Positions 50,861-62,200 of a stretch of 64,000 nucleotides of DNA are shown piece by piece (the first letter of the stretch is position 1; each line of letters opens with the position of its first letter). Both the position numbers and the translations under genes were made by a program. The notes below the pieces were generated by a model, which did not search any database, was not told the DNA's origin, and worked only from the letters and a program-made list of their open reading frames with translations. The DNA comes from Selaginella moellendorffii. Its lineage: Eukaryota > Plantae > Lycopodiophyta. The DNA is taken from NCBI RefSeq assembly GCF_000143415.4, contig NW_003314443.1, positions 1-64,000 of the forward strand. The letters are read 5' to 3'.

Positions 50861-51377
50861 AGCTGATCACAGTACTTCTCTTCCTTCGACACCTCCTCTG
50901 ACGACTCCACAGGCCATAGCGGCTGCCTCAAGCACCAATGAACAGCCAGATCTTTCCACGCTTATGGCTGACCTGTTCGTTGGCAATGAGTTATATCAAG
51001 ATGCCACCACTCCTCCCAGCATTCCCAAGCTACCACCTCCTCCAGCCGGCACAGGTGACATGCTCGGGTCGTGTCGTGAAACCATCTCTTAAAGCCAAGG
51101 AGGCGATGCCTATAGGAAAGTGTGCCTACTTCTGGGCTCTGTCGGCTCCACCTGCCTCTCTGGATCCCCAGCCGTGTCACCACTGCTGTGCCGGCTGGAG
51201 GAGGAGGTAGCTTGTAAATGCTGGGAGGAGTGGTGGCATCTTGATATAACTCATCGCCAACGAACAGATCAGCCACAAGCGTGGAAAGATCTGTCTGTTC
51301 ATTGAGGAGGCAGCTGCTGTGGCCTGTGGAGTCGTCAGAGGAGGTGTCAAAGGAAGAGAAGTACTGTAATCAGCTCC
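50861..51377. repeat. Foldback inverted repeat (~195-bp arms, ~125-bp spacer) inside the copia element
   Basis: 50861-51058 is a near reverse complement of 51184-51377; the peptide MN.QIFPRLWL.CSLAMSYIKMPPLLPAF is read on both strands. Confidence 0.88.
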
Positions 51378-52373
51378 TCCTTCAGGCGCTCCTTCAGCAA
51401 CTCCTCCTGGCTCTGCAGCGGCTGGATTATCTGGTGCTGGGTGGAGATGTGGAACGTCGTCCAAAATCTCAGAAAGATCCACCAGAGATGGTGGAGAAAC
51501 AGGAGGGAGTCTCAGGGTATCTCGATAAAGATGAGCTTCATCAAACACCACATCTCGGCTCACCACCAGTTTCCTGCGCTGGCAGTTATAGAGTCGATAG
51601 GCTTTTACCTGGGTGTGATAGCCCATGAAGATGCATTTCTCGCTCTTGGGATCCAGCTTCCGCCGCTGAACATCGGGGATGTGGGCGTAGGCTAAGCAAC
51701 CAAACACCCTCAAGTGCCCTAATTTGGGGCGCTTCCCAGTCCATACTTGAAACGGCACCTGTCCTGTGGAATGTGTTGGCAGCCGGTTCCGGAGATACAC
51801 TGCTGTGTTGAGTGCCTCTCCCCAAAACACCTTGGGCATGCCAGCGTGCTGGAGAAGGCAGCGTACACAGTCCATAAGTGTCCTGTTCAGGCGCTCGGCG
51901 ACCCCATTCTGCTGCGAGGTGTGGGCTGCGGTGTACTCGTGGTGGATGCCAGCCTGAGCAAGAAATGCCAGAAACTCCTTGCTCATATACTCACCGCCGC
52001 CATCTGAACGTAGTGTCCGGATGGTACAGCCAGTGGCATTTTCTGCCCAGCTTTTGTAGACCTGGAAGTGATGGTAGACCTCTCCCTTGTGTGCCATGAG
52101 AACAGCCACCACATAGCGTGAGTAGTCGTCAATGAACAAAAAGAAGTACCGCTTGTGACTGAGAGTTGCTTCTGGCACATGGCACACATCCGTGTGTACC
52201 AGCTGAAGAAATCCTGAGGCGCCATCTTCTGGACTTCTGCGTGGAAAGGGTAGTCTTGGCTGCTTCCCCAGTTGGCACGTCTCACATACTCCCAGTTTGG
52301 CCGGCACCGGTGAGGGTAAAGTCATTAGCAAGCTTGTGGCTAGCAAGTAGCTGGATGTCGTGAGAATTGGCAT
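51177..52373 (-). CDS. Copia integrase
   Basis: CETCQLGK, LVHTDVC, LRSDGGGEY, QQNGVAER, KLDPKSEKCIFMGY, VSRDVVFDE. Confidence 0.9.
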   Translation of the reverse strand: MPILTTSSYLLATSLLMTLPSPVPAKLGVCETCQLGKQPRLPFPRRSPEDGASGFLQLVHTDVCHVPEATLSHKRYFFLFIDDYSRYVVAVLMAHKGEVYHHFQVYKSWAENATGCTIRTLRSDGGGEYMSKEFLAFLAQAGIHHEYTAAHTSQQNGVAERLNRTLMDCVRCLLQHAGMPKVFWGEALNTAVYLRNRLPTHSTGQVPFQVWTGKRPKLGHLRVFGCLAYAHIPDVQRRKLDPKSEKCIFMGYHTQVKAYRLYNCQRRKLVVSRDVVFDEAHLYRDTLRLPPVSPPSLVDLSEILDDVPHLHPAPDNPAAAEPGGVAEGAPEGGADYSTSLPLTPPLTTPQATAAASSMNRQIFPRLWLICSLAMSYIKMPPLLPAFTSYLLLQPAQQW

Positions 52374-53730
52374 GCCCTAGCCGAGCGTGCCAGAGCTGGA
52401 AAGAGTTGGCAGCCCAGGAGTTGGGGCGAATTGCAAGCAAATGCCCCTGCTCGTGAGTTGAGAGGATCAACTGAGCATTGAGCTTGTAGAGAGTCTCAGC
52501 TCGTCTACCAAAAGCTACTGGATGGCCAGTCTCGTCAAAGATGGTGCATCCGTCTGCATTGAAGAGTGTTGAGAAGCCTTGATCTGCTGCTACACCAACT
52601 GAGAACACTGTCTGTCCTGCTTCTGATACGTAGTAGACCTGGTTCACAAGCTTCTCAACTCCACTCTCCCACTTTATGATGACCGTTCCTTGTCCTTCCA
52701 CTGTTAAGGGGCATTTGTCTCCTACAAAGACTTGCTTCTCCTGCTCCAATGGCCAGTACTTGTGAAAAGCTCTCTTCAATGGTGTGAGGTGCATCAAGGC
52801 TCCAGAATCCATCCAGAGCACTTCGGCTTCGGACACAGTGGATGAAGATGCAGCGAGCGTCATCATCAACATCGTGTCAGGTTGGCGTGAAGAAGAGCTT
52901 CTTTCAGCGCGAGCTTTCTCTGTGGCTTTCTTGATCTGGCATTCACGCTCCACGTGGCCAGCTTTGCCGCAGTAGTTACATGGGCCCTTGCGTTTTTTAT
53001 TGGTTGCAGGGCTGGGAGAAGGGCTCTTTTGTCCTCGAACAGGGTCATCTCGTTTCTTCCCACCCGATTGCTTTCCCATGATCAAGGCCTGCTCCACCCG
53101 AGCAGCCTGAGAGGGCGCCTTTGTCTCCGCTCGTTCTGCTTTCGTTCTTCCTCGATCAGGTCCGAGTAGAGAGTCCAAGTCCTTTCCAGGCACAGCCGAG
53201 AGCATCGATGCGAAAGGTTGGAGATCAGGGGAGACAGAGCTCAGAAGGAATGCCTTAGCTTGATCAATGGTGATTGCCGCTTCCGCGTCCTTCAGCTCAG
53301 TGATCATTGCTTTAAACTTTCCAATGTAAGTGGCCATGGTGTCATCAGGTTGCATTCTCATCGTGAAGAACCTTTGTGTTAGCACCACCTTAGCATTGGC
53401 AGCTTTGGCAACGAAGATTTGTGTAAGGGATGTCCAGTTCTGGTGGGCTGTTTTGGTAAGGTCAAGGAAATGAACGAATTCATCCTCAAGACCTAACCCG
53501 ATGACAGAGAGCGCTTTTCGATTCTTGGAGTCCCAGTCGAGCCGTTGGGTTACATCCGCAGCAGCCGGACGTTGAGTCGTTCCATCCACTATAGGCCAGC
53601 AGCCCTTGGCCAAAAGGATAAGCTGTACTTTTGTTTTCCAAGTCCAGAAATTCTGTCCCGTGAACTTTTGGAGAAGTTTCTCCCAGCCCCCAGAGTCCCA
53701 AGAATTTCCTGCTGCGTTAGCAGAAGACAT
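52282..53730 (-). CDS. Copia gag-protease-GAG-pre-integrase, frameshifted relative to integrase
   Basis: KFTGQNFWTWK, CNYCGKAGHVEREC, LWMDSGALMH, LWHARLGH. Confidence 0.88.
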   Translation of the reverse strand: MSSANAAGNSWDSGGWEKLLQKFTGQNFWTWKTKVQLILLAKGCWPIVDGTTQRPAAADVTQRLDWDSKNRKALSVIGLGLEDEFVHFLDLTKTAHQNWTSLTQIFVAKAANAKVVLTQRFFTMRMQPDDTMATYIGKFKAMITELKDAEAAITIDQAKAFLLSSVSPDLQPFASMLSAVPGKDLDSLLGPDRGRTKAERAETKAPSQAARVEQALIMGKQSGGKKRDDPVRGQKSPSPSPATNKKRKGPCNYCGKAGHVERECQIKKATEKARAERSSSSRQPDTMLMMTLAASSSTVSEAEVLWMDSGALMHLTPLKRAFHKYWPLEQEKQVFVGDKCPLTVEGQGTVIIKWESGVEKLVNQVYYVSEAGQTVFSVGVAADQGFSTLFNADGCTIFDETGHPVAFGRRAETLYKLNAQLILSTHEQGHLLAIRPNSWAANSFQLWHARLGHANSHDIQLLASHKLANDFTLTGAGQTGSM

Positions 53731-54383
53731 TCTATCTATTAATCTAAGAATAGGTTAAACAGAGAATTTAGAAAGGACAGCGTGGAGAAGAATCGTGAAA
53801 AACTCGGCCGCAACAAGGGCAGGCTGGGCAAAGAGCTTGTTGGCGCTTTCGTTCCTGGATCTTCCGCTCCACCTGCGCCAGCACTGCCAAAGCCCTCGCG
53901 CGCTCCTGAGCCAAGGGTTCCTGGCCCCTTTGATTCTTCATCTGCCACTGTCCTCTGGCCATTAGATCGTTCGCTGCTCCGATACCATGTGGTATTATGA
54001 AACGGTGTTGTGTTATTATTATGACGGTTGATACATGGTTAAATGTATGGGTTTATCGTGACGATCTGTGGCGGCGTCTGGATCGCTCACGTGGCTGTGT
54101 GCTGACGTGGTCTTGTTCACTCCCACAGAAACAGAGAACTGCTTGCCTTGAGGAAAACTTCACATGCATGGACATACAGCATATCCACATCTCCCACGTG
54201 ATGAAGGCGATAATCATGAAGGACCTTGAGCGAGACAATGAGTAGGCTGGGCCAGTGAGTGCAACACCAACAAGGACGCCAACAACACAGCACTAATAAT
54301 CCAAACTGCATTTATACATCCATCAGTTTCATGCTTCAAGATGGGCACCATAGATAGATTTCGACTAATGCCGACCTTTTATT

Positions 54384-55259
54384 TTAAAATTTTTTCACAG
54401 TGTTTGTGGCCCAAGCAGCATAAAGTTTACCTGGGCTGGACTTAAACACATGATAGAGCACCACATTTCTATCTCTTTGCATAGTCACAAATGCATAGCA
54501 TGGTCCATCACAGAACTTATCTAGTGACCATATAACAGCCTGACTTGGGGTTTCTTTGACAACCATGTTCCCATTAAGTTCGACTGTGAGATAGCAATCG
54601 ACTCCTCTCCCACACACCCCATTCGTCCAAACTTGCCTTCGGCCGGCCTCATTCAAAGACAAGCTACAATCATCCTGGAGCTTGAATGTGTAGATCAAAT
54701 TCGGGGACTGAAGCTCAAAATTTCGACGAAGACCATTGTAGAAGATGTTGTCCAGCGTTGTCAATTTCGCTTGGCAATCACCTCGATTGCTTCCAAGTAG
54801 AATCTTCGTTTGGCTGTGAAGTGTTTCCATCTGTTGATTTGGTGCTATGCGATATTGGACTCCAAACATCTCGGAGACTGCAAGCATGCTGCTGGCTAGA
54901 AAAACTTGCATTTGACCTCTTGTATACATTACTAAGGATCGGATGATCGCTTTGATAACAAGGCCTCTCACGCTGATGGTGTTACCTGGATTGACATGGC
55001 AGAAATCCAGATTCGGGCCTGTATGATAAGCCAAGATGACGATGTCGATCACAACGTTATTTGTCACAGTGATTTGATCAACATAAGCGCGTCCACTTTC
55101 ATAGTAAGTATCATCACCGAACATAATCAGATTATCAATCACTGCATCTAGAATCATATTGACATCGGCTGGTGTTATAGCATTGTGCTGGTCAGAGAAT
55201 TCCCAGCGCATGGCTTGAACAACACTAAAATAGAAAAAAAGTGCTGAAATGAACTTCAT
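54384..55259 (-). CDS. Intronless secreted protein: unknown N-terminal domain plus C-terminal bulb-type (GNA) mannose-binding lectin
   Basis: Signal peptide MKFISALFFYFSVVQA; lectin repeats LQDDCSLSL..VW, VELNGNMVV..IWS and MQRDRNVVLY..WATNT (one intact QxDxNxVxY). Confidence 0.85.
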   Translation of the reverse strand: MKFISALFFYFSVVQAMRWEFSDQHNAITPADVNMILDAVIDNLIMFGDDTYYESGRAYVDQITVTNNVVIDIVILAYHTGPNLDFCHVNPGNTISVRGLVIKAIIRSLVMYTRGQMQVFLASSMLAVSEMFGVQYRIAPNQQMETLHSQTKILLGSNRGDCQAKLTTLDNIFYNGLRRNFELQSPNLIYTFKLQDDCSLSLNEAGRRQVWTNGVCGRGVDCYLTVELNGNMVVKETPSQAVIWSLDKFCDGPCYAFVTMQRDRNVVLYHVFKSSPGKLYAAWATNTVKKF

Positions 55260-56564
55260 CTTCACAAAGGAGAATGATTAATCAAAAGTCAAAAAAGATA
55301 AATTACTTAATAAGGTTAAAATGCAATAATTGCTGCTTTGACTTTTAAGAGACAATGCCAATAAAACAAAAGAAATAAGTGCTAACAAACTTCAACGACT
55401 AGCTTCTAGCTGCTTTTGTTTGAAGCCTTTCCATTGCTTGTGGTCATATGTTTTAAAAACAGCAACTTTGTTCCTTCCTTTACATATACTGTGAGATGAG
55501 CAATAATGTACTTCACGCTTGCACCATTTACCAAGTGTAGTTGTAGTTATTCAGTGGATCTTGAGCCACAATGTCTGGCTTTATGCAATCAACCCACCAG
55601 CCCTGTTTCTTTGGAATTTTATACCTTTTTTTTTATATATGATTAAATATATTTATGAAAGAAAACAGATTTACAATAAATTACCTTAAATAACCTTATG
55701 CCAGCTGCCCTAAGAAACCATTTGGTGGTCACGACCATTCCTTCTTTTCATCCATTGGTTTGTGAATAAAAACAAAAATAAGAAATATTAGAGATGTGTT
55801 ATCAATGTTAAATGTAAAAGAAAGATGTTTTCATCACTTGGGATATAATAAATATTAGTTTATAAATGATGCTTGTTTTTTTTAATTCTTGTTTAGTATT
55901 ATTTATGAATCCAATTGATCAGTAATTATAATTATTTATAAACACAAGATTAGATGAGAATAAAAAAATAGTATTTTAGGGTTTAAGTTTAAAATTATAA
56001 AAAAATATTCAAGAAAGTTTAAATATTTTACAGGTATATTCACTACCGCCAAAAATGAAGAGTAATATAACATTTGTTCATATAGAGAGCTTGGACAATA
56101 ATGCATTTCCATGCGAGTCATTCTAATAGCTAGAGATCAAACTCCAGCAACACTATTGGATTAGAGATATTCCCTATGCATAACTTCATCTGAAAGAACT
56201 AATGTTTTGCATTTTAACTTATGAGCTGAGCAAAATGGCAATTTAATTGCAATGTAAAATAAGCTAGTGCAGTGTATGTGGTTTTCACCCTTTATCCTAT
56301 GGTGATTTACTATAGGCTAATTACAAAGTGGAACCTAAACCCTTCATATACCACATATCACATGCCATATGTCCAAAGATATTAGAGTGAAATCTAAATT
56401 TCAAAGCCTTGGGCCATTGAATGAAAGAATGGAGCTAAATTTCTAAGCAAGGAGCAAAACAACAAAGGAACTAAAACATAAAGTGACTCTCGAGTGTATA
56501 GTTTAAAGAGCAAAGGGATAAGAGCATGGAGCAACTTAGAATAGTTTTAAAGTATCCAACATCC

Positions 56565-58772
56565 CAATGCTAAGACTAACATGCAAAACAGAGTCAAATG
56601 AAGTTTAACACTATTTCAATATATTAGTGGCCTAATGCAAGGATATAGATACTCCACCAACTAGCATGATGTAAAACTTGGGTTTAGACCCAGACCACAT
56701 ATAAAATAAAGACAGGAACATAAGCAAGAGCTATACTATGCCTTAGGTTAGTTGGCTATGCCTAACCTACTTATTATCCCTACTACCCCACTAAGCAAAG
56801 AGCAAAGGAACTAGAATATAAATGTAAGGAACCAACTCTCTGATGATTACAGCTTATTTCGACAGTGCTTTCTAGGTGTTGTAGGCTAAAAGATCCTCGA
56901 AAGTATGATTAAAATAACAAAGAGTTCATCGGATGGGACTGAGTCTGAGATTGAGTCCAAAACCGACTCTGAGACCGAGTTTGACAATGTGGCAACAAAA
57001 CACTTCTTGTCACAGCCCGGCCTGAGAAGGAAACAAGGTCGGTGGGCCAATGCTTTGGCCGAGTTTGATTGCGAGATTCTGTACAAACCTGGGAAGAGCA
57101 ACATCGTGGCAGATGTGCTAAGTCGAAAAGCAAGCTTGAAGTTGGCAATATCCAGCGCGACAGCAACCTTTTAGGATGATATGCGGACCGCATATGAGAA
57201 TGATGGTCTAGCACAAGAAGTGTTGCTGAGGAATCTAGAGGCATGGGAAGCTCACCAGAGAGGTGAGCTGCCAACGGAAAAGAAAATGGGCTCTAACACT
57301 TCTTGATAGATGGACAAACAGAAAGGGTGAATAGGCAGCTGGAGGATTATTTGCGATGTTATGTATCGAGAGACCTGACTGATTGGGTAAGTCATTTGGG
57401 ACTTGCAGAAATGTGCTATAACAACTCACCACACTCAAGTATCGGGGTGAGTCCATGGGAAGTTATCAATGGGCAAGCTATTGAAGGTCCTGTGGAACTC
57501 GGCGTGGCCGAGTATTATAGAGAGTTACCAGCAGTAAAGGCATTTACGGCGGAAAGACTCAACATTTGAAATTTAGTGAGAGATTCCTTGGAACGGGCTC
57601 AACAAAAGCAAACCAAGTACGCGAACCAGAAGCGCCGAGATGTGGAGTTCCAAGCTAGGGAGAAGGTGTGGTTGAACACCAAGAACCTCAGGTTACCGAG
57701 AGGGATCAGCCGGAAGTTGACCCAAAGGTAAAATGAATATATTCCTATAAATGAATTGATCTTGAGTTCCTTAAGCAGGTTCGCAGGGCCTTAAGAGATT
57801 GAGGCACGAATCAGTAAAGTGGTTTACTGTCTCTGACTTCCTCGAGAGATGGGGAAGATGCACCTAGTGTTCCACGTGAACTTACTCAAATCGTACTTTG
57901 AGGATCCGCTCCGCAAGGACCAAGTAAGACCTTTGCCTGAGGTTATTCAAGGGGAAGAGGAATACGAAGTCGAGGTTATCCTCAATGCGTGCAAGAGCAA
58001 GTGACAAGGATGCGAGGTGAGAGAGTTCCATGTGAAGTGGAAAGGATTTCCACACTACGAAGCAATATGGGAACTGGAGGAGAACCTAGCGAACGCGCGA
58101 GATCTAGTGGAGGAATTTCTGTATGGTAAAACTCTATGTACTTATGCAAAGTTCAATTAGAAGGTATCAATTTGTGAAGTTGAACAATGGCATATGTTGG
58201 GACCCAAAGGCATGCTGAAGGTAAGCTAATTAGCATAGGTTAGCTAGGTCGACTAGGCGTAGGGAACTACGCCCGACTCCCCGCAAGGATGTCGAATCCG
58301 TAGACGTATTCTACAGAGGTTGAGTTCGAGTCCCAGCCCCCTAGTAAAGCAAGGTTGGGTTCAAGTCCCAACCCCATACTAGGGTGTGGTGAGGTGAGGG
58401 GTATAAGGACACCTATATTCCATTGTCATGGGCTCTTGGCCGGGGAGGCTAACTAAGGCACACCGCTAAGTGGGGGGATGCCCCCGGAGACATGGTCAAC
58501 AAGTCGTAGGATAAAAAGAGACGTTCGATGTGGGCATCAAACTTCTTCTATGGGTGGTGGAGTTGTAAGAACCAACTCCCTGAGGTGTCGTAAGCTAAAG
58601 GATCCCCAAAAGCATGTCAAGACTAACATGCAAAATAGAGCCAAATGAAATATGACACTATTTCAGTATACCAGTGGCCTAATGCAAGGATATAAGTACT
58701 CCACCAACTAGCATGGTGTAGAATTTTGGCTTAGATCTAGGCCACACATAAAATAAAGACAAGCACACAAAA
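56565..58772 (+). mobile_element. Decayed, internally deleted chromovirus (Ty3/gypsy with chromodomain)
   Basis: RNase H end YKPGKSNIVADVLSR; integrase end DGQTERVNRQLEDYLR and HLVFHVNLLK; chromodomain EYEVEVIL..VKWKGF..WELEENL (~57955-58120); PPT gggtggtggag then TG at 58564; direct repeat 56572-56715 ~ 58619-58765. Confidence 0.85.
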
Positions 58773-59212
58773 GCTCTATTTCGTTAAAGTGGGAATTGTC
58801 ATTATCCCACTTGTAAAATAAGGTTTCCAAACCTTTATATAGTATATAAATATAACAAAATTCAACTGCATTGAGGCACATGCCATTTTATTTTAAACAA
58901 GGAAATGTCTACTCAATCACTTCTCCTCCCCCTGCCACTGCTTCACCTCTCTCTTCTCCTTGTCATCGTCGTCCAATTTCTTTCCATCCTTTTAATATTG
59001 GCTCAGTTGCTCCGAGTCTAGGTGGAGCCCAAGTCCCCATTCAATCTTTACTTTCCCCTTATTAATAAAACAACTTCGTAGACTTCCAATAACATGCTGT
59101 AACACTTCTAGTATAATGCAAATCCTCTCAAAGAATTGTCTTTTAATATTAATACAATGGCATGGAACCCCATGCCATAATAAGTTACATTTTTAAATAA
59201 ATACATGCCATC

Positions 59213-62200
59213 TCAGACTGTTATTTTTTGCCTCCAACGCCTATACAATAATCTTGGAATTTCATCACTCTCCACACTATCAGGATTTAAACCCAATAGT
59301 AATGCCATCTCTTCTCTAATACGTCCACGCTCATGTTCAGTGGTCGAAGAACCCATCCGGTTGAGCAGATTATGGAGATGCGGATAGTGCTTGGCTAGAC
59401 AATATACATGCCATAAATGATGACTGGTGTCTGTCCGATCAAATGGCTTCTGATATACCGTTCCATCTGCCATTTGGTTGATTTCTGCAGCCACCTCCTG
59501 GACTGGCCGGTTCTCTATCACCATCGCTTCAAGCCGTTTTGCAAGGTCCCCCAGAACATACGGTTTCTTCTCCCTAGTTTCCATACTGCAAGAGATGGGG
59601 TGCACTGCATATGTGTGCGTGTTCGCTGCAGTTTTAATCGGCGAGTCATCGATGATGAGGATTTCACTTGACCTAGCAGTCCGGTTCATCACTATAGCCT
59701 CTGCCTTGACGAAGATGGGCTTGCTACCCCTCACATGGACCATAGTCAAGCAATCCTCCTGCGTTAGGAGAAAGTCAAATGGTAATATTACTCGCGTCTG
59801 ATCGTGCATCATCTGTAGCAACGTTAATGCATTGTGGCGCATCATGGATGTCCAAACTCCCAATTGCAAATTGAACCCGGCCCTCTGTTTTAAGTGTCGC
59901 ATGGTCATTATTAGATCCCGCAGTTTCTCCCGTGTGATTAATGTGAATCTGTCTCTTTTGACCAACTTGCGACCGCAGGCTTTGGAAGGTGCAGTGACAT
60001 TCGAGGACGAGCCACGCTCATGGGAGAAAAGGACACCGTTCAGATCAAAAACGATACAGTACTTTCGCCGTGACTCTGAAATGAAATGCGTCAGCATAAA
60101 AAATGGTACAAGTCAATTTTACCATCTACAATATTAGCGAATGGTGCTCCCGATGGTCGTTCAGAGGGTTTTGGTCGAGGAAACGTGAAGGGCGGAAATA
60201 CTCTCCTCTGCAATGTGGGGTCAATCGCATCCGATGGCGTGTGGGCACATGCCATTTCAGCTGTAGACTCTGGTACAACTGGCTCAACAGTGGCATGGGG
60301 TGGTTCCGATGGCGTGTGATCACACGCCATTTCAGCTGGTGCTTCCGTTGGCAAAGTGGACATGACCGAACAGGCAGCAGGGGCGGTGTAGGGAGGTTCC
60401 AACGGCGCGTAGTCAGACGATTGGGCACACGTTGGAAATGAGGATACGACCGGCTTGGCGGCTGGGGCGGCCTCATGCGGGTCCAATGGCGCCTGGTCAC
60501 CGTCAGTTGGATACGTGGACAAGATTGACTCAGTGGTATGGGCAGCATCAAGTGGAGCGTGGTCAGCTTGCTTGGCGTTGATATGGATAGTAGCCTCCAC
60601 CAGCTCTGATGACTCTTGCAGGCAAGTAGAGTCCACTGGCGGATCCATATGCATGTCCAAATATCTCTCTTCGATTGAGATGGTATCCTCCCGTGCTACT
60701 AAAAACAAACTCATTAGCACATTGAATCGACTATACTGTATTTACCATCAACTGCTATTGAGGAACTAGGACTGATATCACTTGGGCGCACTGCTGATTC
60801 TGAAGGATTGGACATACGTTTCGACCCTTGCTTGGCACTATCCTTCCTCGACACTAAAGGCTAGAGTTTGTATCTTAATTCAATTGAATAATCTCTACTT
60901 ACCATTTCTTCTGCGACCTACATGGACAATGTTAGAAATGGTAAAAGGTTAGGAATGGATGTACTATTATTTACCTGATGGTTTGTCTTGTATGACCTTC
61001 CTCCGCTGCTCTTTGGCCACCTCAGGCTGGCCATCGTCGTCATCATCGTCATCGTCGTTATTGTGATCGTCACCATTGTGAGGACCATCCAAGTCCTCTT
61101 CGTCCTCCTCTTCTTCATCCTCCTCTTCTTCGTCCTCCTCTTCTTTGTCCTCCTCTTCGTCCTTCTGCTCTTCCTGCTCATTATCTTTCTCTGGCTCCTC
61201 ATCCCCCTCTTGCATTTCTTCCATAGGCTGCTCAGGCTGGATGGCTTGTTTTTCCAGGACCATCTTGGGAAAATCATCTGGCCGAGTCTCCATCTCAAAA
61301 TACAAGACATCCATAGCCTGTTTTAGTGCGTGACCTAGGATCGTATCCTCACCCGACTGTCTTAACATGGTTTCTGCACGTTCTTGCACCCTTCGAAGAC
61401 GACGAGATGAGAAAAACATGGCCCTGACTTGAAAAGCATCCCTCATCCATTGTACCTCTCCATTGAGATTGGGGAAGGGGAGTCTGCCATAGGAATCTGA
61501 GTCAGAAGGTGGTGACTGGCTCCTTTCACTCAGCCCTTGATCTGTAATGAATGGCATGAGCACACACGCCATAACCGCGAGGCATTACCTATCATCTTTT
61601 CGTTGCCCTTCTTCCTTTTCGAATCAAACGCCTCTGATCCCGACGACTGTCCAACGTGCTTTCGCTTTTTATGACCACTGTCAGTTTGAGCTTGGCTGGT
61701 GCTTGCCTGTTTTGCCTTTGAAGAAGTGTCTCCTGCAAGGAATGGCATGAGACCACACGCCATTGCAAATATAATTTGTACCTCCTTTTTTCCTATTGCT
61801 TGTCTGTTTGTCCTTCTTCGACGCGCCACCAGTGCGCTTTTCAGTCCTCGTGTCTGAATATTCACAACGATCTATAATCAAAATGGCGTGAGGCCTCACG
61901 TGACCTTACCTTGTGCAGGTTGTGACCTCGGCCTAACATCAGTAGCTGTTAACGCCGTTTCAGCATCTGGGGGTGGCCACGCTCCTGCATACAGAGCTTG
62001 TGAGATAACATTTAAACTTAAAGTGCGTACTCACCAGGTTCGTAGAGAAGATACTGTTTTTCTTTGGCAATTGTAATTATATGCTCCATTGAAGTCACCT
62101 CTTCAATGGAGTTTGTCACCGCAACACACGGGACACCCTTGAGTAGTGCGGCTCGAAAGAATAGTCTGCCGCAGTTGTACTCGACAACGCATTTGCCCTT

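Larger units (their letters stand above)
50360..54287 (-). mobile_element. Ty1/copia LTR retrotransposon, 3'-truncated and rearranged
   Basis: Single LTR ~53988-54287; PBS TGGTATCGGAGC (tRNA-iMet type, 53976-53987); gag, CCHC knuckle, protease WMDSGA, integrase, and only the start of RT (duplicated). No 3' LTR seen. Confidence 0.92.
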
